Assembly (NCBI GenBank): GCA_002633005.1
Contig: NMRA01000044.1
Location: 400,594 to 464,593, forward strand
DNA length: 64,000 bases
DNA from: Phoronis australis
Taxonomy: Eukaryota > Animalia > Phoronida
Direction of reading: 5' to 3'
The notes beneath the pieces are model-generated. The model was not told where the DNA came from, did not search any database, and saw nothing but the letters and a program-made list of their open reading frames with translations. The translations under genes and the position numbers were made by a program. Of the stretch, positions 53,501 to 64,000 are shown piece by piece (within the stretch, counting starts at the first letter, position 1; every line of letters begins with the position of its first letter).

Positions 53501-54252
53501 TAAAGTTCGAAGAAAAACAAATGGTGGAATTGTTCTATTTTCATCTTTAGCCAGCTCTCTACATTGTTAGAGAAACGCGAAATTTCATCGGGTGTTTGTT
53601 GATAACACTTGCACTATATGAACTGTGGAAATGATGAAGTAACATGGTCTACCTGTTCACTTTAAAATGACAGGATCCCTTAATTAAGTGACCCTTTACA
53701 GCAGTCTTCAGGTGTAGTGATATTCCAGAGCTTGCGAAACTGTCTGAAATGAATTGTATTGTTTAAAATTAACAGGACTTGTTGGTGAGCTACTGAAATG
53801 TGGTATGTCTCTTTTGATTAGCAGACTTGGAATATTTATGAGAGGTTCCCTCTGGCTTCACTGTGTGTGGTCTTGTTGTGGTCTTTTCACTTGGTTGAAG
53901 CTTGCTGTTTCCAGACTGTGTAGCCTGGGGTAGACTCCAGTTCTACAAGGAACAGATATTAGGCTCTTGTGATCTTTGTTGCAACTTCATCTGTTACCCA
54001 GTGTTATTGAGGATAACCTCTTCTTTGACAGCTTCAGGGCTTTCTTCTAGTGGGAATTAAATCCTTGATATTAAAACTATATGGCAGGTGTTTTACCCTT
54101 GTACCATACTGCCTGCATCAGTTAAAACAGACTATGTCAATGCTGTCTTTCCAAAATAAATTAGGTCAGGGCTTATTACTTCTGACCTGAGCTAGTGTGA
54201 CCCATATTTCCAGAATATTGTTGATTGACTTTGAGTATTGTTCTGGTTGTAG

Positions 54253-54425
54253 GCCCAGCTACAGTAAGGATGGTGTCCAATAATGGGCCGCCTCTGCCCA
54301 TGCCGATGCAAGTGCCCCCAGGGCACATGGTACAGCAGATCGTGGACGAGCACGGCATTCTCACGCACGTTATCCTGTCCCCCCAGCCGGGCGTCCCCTC
54401 GCCCCTAATGACGGTAGGATACTAT
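54253..54425 (+). CDS. FNDC3: FNDC3-like coding exon (proline-rich N-terminal conserved region)
   Basis: ttgtag|GC CCA...TAT|gtatgt. Encodes (G)PATVRMVSNNGPPLPMPMQVPPGHMVQQIVDEHGILTHVILSPQP..., matching the FNDC3 GPA.V.M.S.NG...P..VPPG...Q.....G...V pattern. Confidence 0.9.
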
Positions 54426-55244
54426 GTATGTATTGAAACTTTTAAAACTCTGCATGCGACCAGGCTGGCATGCTGATGCGATATGTAGCGCTCTCCTAAC
54501 CAGGTTTGTCCAAGTCTAGGCTAATTGAACTTGTGTTAACACTTGACACAGAACGGATTGGCATGAGGCAAGGTGATTGGTGTCAGCTCTGACTTCCCCA
54601 GTACTCTCTGAGAAACTGTGTCGCCACAGAAGTAACTGACAGGAGTTCACACTACACCCGGTCAGGTTTACGATAGCGCAAAAGCAATAATCCATATGCA
54701 CACTGTCATACAAGTGTAATCAAAGAGTTTGCTGTCTCACCTCTTTGCATTTAGACAAAAGCTGCGCTATCTTGGAAATGGGCGACAAATTGAAGACGTA
54801 GTCGCGCTAACTTCAGGTTATACTAGTAGCTGAACTGTGTTAGTTAGCACCATGTCAGTTAGAACCGTGTCGGTGAATGTCATGAAAATGCCACATTAGT
54901 TCCAACTGACCGCATGATCTTAATAAGGCCAGCGAATCTACTTGACTAGTGTATGCACCAAGGCATTTTCAGTATTGGTGGCTGTGATGTGCCTTACGGA
55001 AACGGTCATTACAAAAGGTTACGATCACCGTAGTCTCTACTAGGAATTCCTGGTAATAGGCAACTGGGGGTATGTTCAGAAAATGGCTCCTTTTTACCTG
55101 TTCAGGTGTCCAAAACTATGCCCAGGCATTTGTTTAGAAACCGAGGGTCTTTCGTTGGCAGATAATGTAACATGAAATATGCACCAAGTCAGAAAAGCTT
55201 ATACTTTATAATACATGGTTTCATAATAAATAGATAGCTACGTA

Positions 55245-55755
55245 CCGTAAACGTTCGGGTTAACGCCCTGGGCGGTTCAATTGGAAAACCCAAAAAATCG
55301 GGGGGTGGGCGGTTAACCAGACATGGGCGCTTAAACGTGAAATTTCAAGAAATCCAGGGTGGGCGGTTAACTGAGCATGGGCGCTTATTACGACAGACAA
55401 CCGCCCTGGGCGGTTAATCTTACCTCCTGATCAGATTACCACACGACACACGTACTCGGAACGCGTAGAACATTTCAAAGCGCTTTATCGTCAAGTCGCC
55501 AAATGCCGCTAAAAGTGTCATAACAGCGGACGATCCCAAGAAATGTTTTGTTGCCCACAGATTAGTCAATCACAATTAAATTTACAAAATTGGTGAGTAA
55601 TAGCCCTGTGCCTTCCTGTGATCTTATTAGAGCTGTAGTGCGCAGACGACCAGTAACAATAACTTGGATTGCAACTATTCTCACGCGATGACACTTTAGA
55701 AATGCGCGCGTGCGGGCGCGAGCTTCACGTGTTGCAGAGGTCACAGCAGACATCA
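55245..55755. mobile_element. Tc2/pogo-like non-autonomous element (one end), truncated at n
   Basis: TA|CCGTAAACGTTCGGGTTAACGCCC with many gggcggttaa repeats; reverse complement of 63400-63910. Confidence 0.85.
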
Positions 55756-57969
55756 NGGCTTCCTGATAATTAGTTTGAAATTTGTAAGAGTTAAAGACGT
55801 CCTGTTTCCGTGGTAAACTTATTTCAATGTCCTTTCAGCTGAAATAAGTTAATGGTCAGATATCTTCATTGATTATTTGCCGTTCTACGGATATTTAATT
55901 TGGATGCTTTAAATTTTTTAATAGAAAAACTTATGTAAGCATGACTTCTGATTTTGAGAAGCACTTTTATAGTAAGGATTCAGTTTTAAAGAGTTTCCTT
56001 AGTAGTGTTATTTTTATGAGAAATTGGACAAAATTGCACCCTTTTACTATGTTTGTCACAATTGAAAGGTTGCCACACTGTGTAAGTGCTTAATCCACAA
56101 AGATAGTGATTTGTCCATTTCATGACTAGAATTTTTTTAATTAATAGAAAGGTTCTTGTCTATTGATGGATGTAATTACGTAACCACCTCCTTAAAAAAA
56201 CGCTGTAAAAAGTTGGGATTTCAAAAAACAACAGCTTTCTTCACTAGCGGATTTGCTGTTACAAAAGAAAACTTGTGGCCTGCCAATCCTCTATTTATAA
56301 CTAATTTGGTTCCAATAAATCGCCTGAAATTCCCATGTCCGTGTTTGAGTGGCCGAAACCACATAATGGGCCTGGTCGGTAGCAGTAACAAACTCACCCA
56401 ATCTTAGAAATGGTTCATCTTTTGACATAAAAAGCATGGGTTTATTACACTATTGAGCATTATGTGTGTTAGTGACTAACCTCCAAGTCACTTTCATATT
56501 GCTTAGCCTTCCAATCAATGTTCTACATTGTCTGATGGTGTGATGCATCACTTGGCCAAACAATGTCAAACTGATTTATGGGAAACAATGTGCTATTCTA
56601 ATGTGTTACTCAAATATTGTAAAAATTTGTTTTGATAGTGATCTCTTTGAATTACGTCATGAAAAGTTGATGGAAACTATGATTTAGACACCACCAGTTT
56701 ATGGCTTAGCTAACTGAAGTTGCCCTTAATCTCTTAGCTTCAATCACAAGTTTTCTGAGAAGGAATTCTTTTTGTGTCCGTGCTTTCTGCTTTTGAAGTT
56801 ACATTTTCCTGTCATCTTTTTCGAAACAAATAATTGCTAAAACAGCAATTTTTCAAAGGCTATTTACATTTTTGAAATGCTCGTAATTAAGTGCTCGAAA
56901 TTAAATGCTCATAATTTTATCAAAGTTCTGTTTCATGATAGGATTTCATACATCACACTAAAAGACGCAGGACTTCATATTTTTCTCAACATTTTATTTT
57001 GCCGATAGGTTTGACAAAATAAAATTCCAATTGTCCGCCATCTTGTTTGCTAAATTGAAGAACATTTACTGAGCGTTAAGTCCCAACAGGAAAACTGCAT
57101 TTGTTTCTTGTTCCAGGAGCAGGTAAGAGGGTTAAAGCTCTCCAATATTGTGTGTTAAGCATTGCTAAATGGCTGCTGTCTAGACAACCAGTCAGCTGAT
57201 TTGAAATAGTTTCCATTCCACTGCAGATTCCTTGCTGAGCTGCAATGTGGCCCACTGTCCAACAGTACTGCCCAGTTGCGGCTATGGACAAGGGAGTGGT
57301 TCACAAAGACCGTCTTTCTTGTTACCGGTATCATCATTGTAGTGGTGCACGCGTGCAAGTTCCCACACTGAGTGCATGTTACCTTGACACCAACACGTGA
57401 TTGACAGGTTACTCATACGTAGGCCCTAAGTGCGTGCTGAATCTCGCCACTATCTTTGGCCATTAAAAATGAGACGCATATCGAAAGAAGCCGTTGTATT
57501 ACTTGACGGCCTTTCCAAGTCAAGATTGCCTGCCGGGACATTGTGCGCAAACAGCGGGACCGACTAGTGACGCAGTGCGATAGTGTAGGTGATATTATAA
57601 TGGGATATAGTCTGGACATCTTGCATATAAAATAAATGTGTTTTCCACCACAAAGTTGGGTAAGGTGGTCGTTTAAGAATGAATTGAAACATCGCTGTTT
57701 TGTGACGTTTTATGACATATTTATGCCGTGGTTTGAACTTTTCTTCTTGGTTGACGGTGCTCATGTCCGCTTACCCCCCCCCGAGTCTTGTCTTACTTCA
57801 TTGCCGAGCATGTTTCGCATAACGAGAAGTGAAAATGTTATTGAGCCATGGGGTGTCGACTATAAACATCTCAAACACAAAAAACACCTGAATTAGTTTT
57901 TCAAACTTTATTACAACTAATTTTAAAACTGCTTCTGGCTCAGAACTTGAAAGCTAGCACAGGACTGTA

Positions 57970-58279
57970 ACCTTGACGTCAGCTATGACCTCTGCAGCCT
58001 GTGAAGCTTGCATGCGCGCACTTTTGCTGTGTCACCGCTTGTAATCCAAGTGGAGCGCTGCGTAGTCACTCGTCGTCTGCGCACTACAGTTTTAACAAAC
58101 TAACAAGACCACAGGATGGCACGGGTCTATTACTCAGCAAATTTTTAAATTTAATTGTGAATGACTGATCTGAGGCAACAGAACCTTTGTTGGGATCATC
58201 CGCTGTTATGAAGTTTTTAGCGTCATTTTGTTGGGTTTGCCAATTTAACTGCCCAGGGCGTTAACCCGAACGTTTACGG
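57970..58279. mobile_element. Internally deleted end of the same Tc2/pogo-like family
   Basis: Matches 63397-63655, then jumps to the terminal gggcgttaacccgaacgtttacgg|TA. Confidence 0.75.
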
Positions 58280-58459
58280 TAGTAGCGACATCTACGGTAA
58301 GAATTCTTCAGAAAAAAGAAAGGAATGGACTCTTTCAGATATCCTTTTTGATACAGAAAACCTAGTGATAGCCTCTGACGTAAATAGATATTGCAGGTAA
58401 AGTGACAGTTGGAAAGTGAGCATAAGCACCATGAGAGAGCCTTTAAAATTTCTAGATAT

Positions 58460-59694
58460 CAGGGCTCGACATAACGAGCTGCAGGTCGCATTTGCGACCT
58501 GAAATTTGGAAATGCGAGCTGCGATTTTTGTCAAGTCGTATCAAGTCGCAAAATGCGACCTGGAATTTCCAACGAATGCGAGCTGAGTTTTTACACTTCT
58601 CAACAGATACCTGGCAAATACAAAGCAGCTCTTGTTAATCCGACCGTTATTTGCGTGGTTGTTGCCAAATCCAAGTTCAAAAGAACACTAACCGACAACA
58701 GCCCTCCCGATGACTTGTAAGCAAGTCGCGTGAACATGGGATATGTAGAATCGATTTTTTTCGCGTTTCATTGGCTAACACTTTCGGCCACTTTTGGAAA
58801 TCGCCGGATTCGCCGAAGAAAGTTTCGGGCCACTGCTTAACACGTGATAAAACTTCACAAAACAACGGTGTTTCTACTAATTCTTAAGCAATCAACTTAC
58901 CAAACTTTGTGGTGGACAAAAATGTTTATTTTTCACATAAGATGTCCTTATTACATGGACCAAATATCCATGACAATATCCCTGATATCGCACTGCGGCA
59001 CAGTTAGCGCGCAAGCGGTCCCAGCAGACAATCGTGAGATCTGCTTCTGCTTTTTATCGTATTAAGACAGCTAAAGTGAAAATGGCAACCTTATTAATCG
59101 CCAAATGACGGCCATGTCTTTACTTTCAGTTGCCAAGAAATTCTCAAACCCTTTAGTGTTTCTGGCGCTACGTGCGCGAAATATGATTTGTCTTTCACAC
59201 GTTGGTTGCCAACGTAAAGTGTAGGCCTACTCCAGCGATTCAAGTGTCTGAACACTCCCGTGCGCACCACTTAAAAGAACAGCGACAGTCCTAAATGAAA
59301 GAGTATACCGGCTTGGCTCTGGTTTATTTGAAATTAACTCAGATTCCCAGCGGTTGTAAAATATCCGATGTCGGTCCCGGGACCGATATAACCCAGAACT
59401 GACGTTTTCCTGTTTCGATGTTTCCCGAGGTCGATGTTCTGTAAACCCCGTATTCTATGCCCGTAGCCAGCTATTGCAACTAAACTGGCACTAGATGCAA
59501 AGTTGTGGTTCAAGTTAGCGAACTTTCCATTCTTCTCTTTATACAACCCCCCCCGCAACTTTTCGCTCCCCGAACCACCGTCGCCGTAAAATGTTCACAC
59601 TCCTATAGAAACAGCCTTGTTCCGGCTGAAGCGGGCAGTTAAAAACGAAATCATTCCGGGTGGCTAAAAAGGGTACAATGTAGGTGGTAACGAT
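58460..59694. mobile_element. hAT-like element (left end), running into the gap
   Basis: Starts CAGGGCTCGACATAA, with clustered gcgacc/gtcgca subterminal repeats and a CpG-rich interior. Right end not visible. Confidence 0.5.
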
Positions 59695-60138
59695 NNNNNN
59701 NNNNNNNNNNNNNNNNNNNNNNNNNNNNNNNNNNNNNNNNNNNNNNNNNNNNNNNNNNNNNNNNNNNNNNNNNNNNNNNNNNNNNNNNNNNNNNNNNNNN
59801 NNNNNNNNNNNNNNNNNNNNNNNNNNNNNNNNNNNNNNNNNNNNNNNNNNNNNNNNNNNNNNNNNNNNNNNNNNNNNNNNNNNNNNNNNNNNNNNNNNNN
59901 NNNNNNNNNNNNNNNNNNNNNNNNNNNNNNNNNNNNNNNNNNNNNNNNNNNNNNNNNNNNNNNNNNNNNNNNNNNNNNNNNNNNNNNNNNNNNNNNNNNN
60001 NNNNNNNNNNNNNNNNNNNNNNNNNNNNNNNNNNNNNNNNNNNNNNNNNNNNNNNNNNNNNNNNNNNNNNNNNNNNNNNNNNNNNNNNNNNNNNNNNNNN
60101 NNNNNNNNNNNNNNNNNNNNNNNNNNNNNNNNNNNNNN
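59695..60138. other. Assembly gap (444 N)
   Basis: Run of N. Confidence 1.
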
Positions 60139-62828
60139 AAACGGTCATTACAAAAGGTTACGATCACCATAGTCTCTGCTAGGAATTCCTGGTAATAAGC
60201 AACTGGGGGTATGTTCAGAAAATGGCTCCTTTTTACCTGTTCAGGTGTCCAAAACTACGCCCAGGCATTTGTTTAGAAACCGAGGGTCCTGCGTTGGCAG
60301 ATAATGTAACATGAAATATGCACCAAGTCAGAAAAGCTTATACTTTATAATACATGGTTTCATAATAGATAGCTACGTAATAGATTTTTTATTACTGTTA
60401 CTGCATCAATGAAATGGCCGTCATATTGGCATGGTCACAAACTTTACTTTCTATGAACGCATAAGTGAGAAACTTCAATACGTACAAGGCTGTGATTTAT
60501 GAACTTTCACAAAACGGCATCTCTCTTTGGCTGAAACAGAGGAAAGGGATCTGGCTTTAAAATGATTATACTCCCCATCCGCTGTTTCTCCCTCCTGCTT
60601 TCAGGCTTATTGTAGACGGTCACATTGAGTGCTCCAGGTAGTTCCCATTCTCAATTACACGGCACTCCTCACTTTGCTAAAATGAGCTTTTGTCGTGTAT
60701 TTTTAGCTGCTGGTAAGTTTCAGTTTCCTGGTTGTTGTGGACGTTTCTAAGAAATTTAATGGCTTCCTGATAATTAGTTTCAAATTTGTAAGAGTTAAAG
60801 ACGTCCCGTTTCCGCGGTAAACTTATTTCAATGTCCTTTCAGCTGAAATAAGTTAATGGTCAGATATCTTCATTGATTATTTGCCGTTCTACGGATATTT
60901 AATTTGGATGCTTTAAATTTTTTAATAGAAAAACTTATGTAAGCATGACTTCTGGTTTTGAGAAGCACTTTTATAGTAAGGATTCAGTTATAAAGAGTTT
61001 CCTTAGTAGTGTTATTTTTATGAGAAATTGGACAAAATTGCACCCTTTTACTATGTTTGTCACAATTGAAAAGTTGCCACACTGTGTAAGTGCTTAATCC
61101 ACAAAGATAGTGATTTGTCCATTTCATGACTAGAATTCTTTTAATTAATAGAAGGGTTCTTGTCTATTGATGGATGTAATTACGTAACCACCTCCTTAAA
61201 AAACGCTGTAAAAAGTTGGGATTTCAAAAAACAACAGCTTTCCACACTAGCAGATTTGCTGTTACAAAAGAAAACTCGTGGCCTGCCAATCCTCTATTTA
61301 TAACTAATTTGGTTCCAATAAATCGCCTGAAATTCCCATGGCCGTGTTTGAGTGGCCGAAACCACATAATGGGCCTGGTCAGTAGCAGTAACAAACTCTC
61401 CCAATCTGAGAAATGGTTCATCTTTTGACATAAAAAGCATGGGTTTATTACACTATTGAGCATTATGTGTGTTGGTGACTAACCTCCAAGTCACTTTCAT
61501 ATTGCTTAGCCTTCCAATCAATGTTCTACATTGTCAGATGGTGTGATGCATCACTTGGCCAAACAATGTCAAACTGATTTATGGGAAACAATGTGCTATT
61601 CTAATGTGTTATTCAAATATTGTAAAAATTTGTTTTGATAGTGATCTCTTTGAATTACGTCATGAAAAGTTGATGGAAACGATGATTTAGACACCACCAG
61701 TTTATGGCTTAGCTAACTGAAGTTGCCCTGAATCTCTTTGCTTCAATCACAAGTTTCTGAGAAGGAATTCTTTTTGTGTCCGTGCTTTCTGCTTTTGAAG
61801 TTACATTTTCCTGTCATCTTTTTCGAAAAAAAATAATTGCTAAAATAGCAATTTTTCAAAGGCTAATTACATTTTTGAAATGCTCGAAATTAAGTGCTCG
61901 AAATTAAATGCTCATAATTTTATCAAAATTCTGTTTCATGATAGGATTTCATACATCACACTAAAGACGCAGGACTTCATATTTTTTCAACATTTTATTT
62001 TGCCGATAGGTTTGACAAAATAAAATTCCAATTGTCCACCATCTTGTTTGCTAAATTGAAGAACATTTACTGAGCATTAAGTCCCAACAGGAAAACTGCA
62101 TTTGCTTCTTGTTCCAGGAGCAGGTAAAAGGGTTAAAGCTCTCTAATATTGTGTGTTAAGCATTGCTAAATGGCTGCTGTCTAGACACCCAGTCAGCTGA
62201 TTTGAAATAGTTTCCATTCCACTGCAGATTCTTTATCAGCATTAGTCTAGTGCAGGTACCTTGCTGAGCTGCAATGTGGCCCACTGTCCAACAGTATTGC
62301 CGAGTTGTGGCTATGGACAAGGGAGTGGTTCACAAAGACAGTCTTTCGTATTACTGGTATCATCCCTTCCATGGTGGTAAGCGACGGGGTCAGTCCAATT
62401 CGCTTATAATGTACTCTTGTGGCAAGCACGTGGTATTGATAAATATGGACTAAAATGGTTAAAAGAACCATGTCCTTGTTGACGCCATTGTTGTTCTCTT
62501 AGCCGACGTGTTGGAACTTGGTGAAATCTCCAACTTCTATCTCTGTTCCTATGGCATTGCAAAACTTGAACCATGTCAATCACCATGTCAGCGTGGTACA
62601 AGTCAACATTGCCATTGGCCTTGTTGCTGTGGTAAATTTATCCCTCCTCTGCTGTCCTTGCTTTTGGTAAGGTCTGAGTGGCTGAAGGCAGCTCACATGT
62701 ACCTTGTTTATTTACATGCATTTTTAAGATCTTCACTCTGGTAACCCTATTTAATGTAAAACCCAGGTCTTCTGATGGTACCATTGGCACTTGTGGTACA
62801 TTTTATTTTCAGCTTAGAATTAAACTTA

Positions 62829-63910
62829 CAGTAAACGTTCGGGTTAATGCCCGTGCTCAGTTAACCACCCACCCCGTACTTTAGGTGGATTTTCGATTTA
62901 ACCGCCCACTGCTCGGTTAAACGCCCCTCTGCGATTTTTGAAGATTTCCAGTTAAGCACCCATCCCCGACTTTTTAAGATTGAAGATTTAGCGCCTAGTG
63001 TTAGGAAATGCGCGACTCCCGACTTTTAGATACAAATGATGATCACAACGAGCGCAACGACACTGGGCCTCTAGGACGGCGGTTTGACACAGTGAATTAC
63101 AATACAAGTATCGATATATTGTCCCGGGTGATGGACTTACTTCAAAATATAATATTTGAACATTTTTTGTCATCTGCGACGCAGACTGACTGAAAATTGG
63201 TGATAAGGTTGGTAGGAGGTGCACCCAGCTAGCTACGGGTATGGCACACTCGGGCTTAGGGAACATTGAGCCGGAAAATATCGAAGTAGACTTGACATCC
63301 CAGTTTTGGAGGACATTGGAACGGAGGAATATCGTAAAGCACAGGGTCTTTCCTAACAACAGCTTAAAAGTACAGTATCACACTGGTTTCTTTTACTTGA
63401 TGTCAGCTTTGACCTGACTGCAGCATGTGAAGCTTGTACGCGCGCACTTTTGCTGTGTTACCGCCTGCAATCCAAGTGGAGCGCTGCGTGGTCACTGGTC
63501 ATTTGCGCACTACAGTTCTAACAAACTAACAAGACCGCAGGATGGTACGGATCTATTACTCAGCAATTTTTTAAATTTAATTATGAATGACTAATCTGAG
63601 GGCAACAGAACCTTTGTTGGGATCATCCGCTGTTATGAAGTTTTTAGTGTCATTTGGCGATGTGACGATAAGCTCTTTGAAAAGTGCTACGGGTTCCGAG
63701 TACGTGTGTCGTGTGGGGACTTAGATCACGAGGCAAGATTAACCGCCCAGGGCGGTTGTCTGTTGTAATAAGCGCCCATGTTCAGTTAACCGCCCACCCT
63801 GGATTTCTTGAAATTTCACGTTTAAGCACCCATGTCTGGTTAACCGCCCACCCTCGATTTTTTGGGTTTGCCAATTTAACCGCCCAGGGCGTTAACCCGA
63901 ACATTTACGG
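62829..63910. mobile_element. Near-complete ~1.08-kb Tc2/pogo-like non-autonomous element
   Basis: TA|CAGTAAACGTTCGGGTTAATGCCC...GGGCGTTAACCCGAACATTTACGG with ttaaccgccc subterminal repeats at both ends. Confidence 0.85.
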
Positions 63911-64000
63911 TTATAGCGACATCTACGGTAAGAATTCCTCAGAAAAAAGAAAGAATGGACTCTTTCAGATATCCTTTTTGATACAGAAAACCTAGTGATA

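Larger units (their letters stand above)
9894..54252 (+). other. 44,359-nt phase-1 intron of FNDC3 (length inflated somewhat by haplotype duplications)
   Basis: gt at 9894, ag at 54251-54252; CCA G|GC CCA GCT restores the conserved IPGPATV peptide. Confidence 0.8.
55000..64000. repeat. ~5-kb tandem duplication across the scaffold gap (55000-58380 vs 60139-64000); likely two haplotypes
   Basis: 55000-55244 matches 60139-60379; 55757-~57340 matches 60761-~62365; 58280-58370 matches 63911-64000. Confidence 0.88.

Noticed and set aside
59651-60172. Long ORFs of 162-168 aa
   Set aside because: Artefacts of the N gap.

Overview
AT-rich eukaryotic (probably invertebrate animal) genomic DNA with spliceosomal introns; no prokaryotic genes, CRISPR arrays or intact transposases are visible. 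Two genes sit head-to-head around ~4.2-4.3 kb. On the minus strand lies the 5' part of an NADH-cytochrome b5 reductase-like gene (CYB5RL: Oxidored-like CCGxGC motif plus FAD-binding RxYTP motif), preceded by a spliced 82-aa small ORF that may share its transcript. On the plus strand lies the 5' part of an FNDC3A/B (miles-to-go)-like gene whose first two recognisable coding exons are separated by a 44,359-nt intron. That intron carries several ATG-initiated mini-exons with phase-1 donors (candidate alternative first exons), a candidate recursive splice site, and many non-autonomous DNA transposons (Tc2/pogo-like, hAT-like, Harbinger-like, Helentron-like), one nested in another. Five tandem near-identical duplications all abut N characters and look like uncollapsed haplotypes; they expose filled versus empty TE sites. 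All calls come from reading the sequence by eye; no database search was run.
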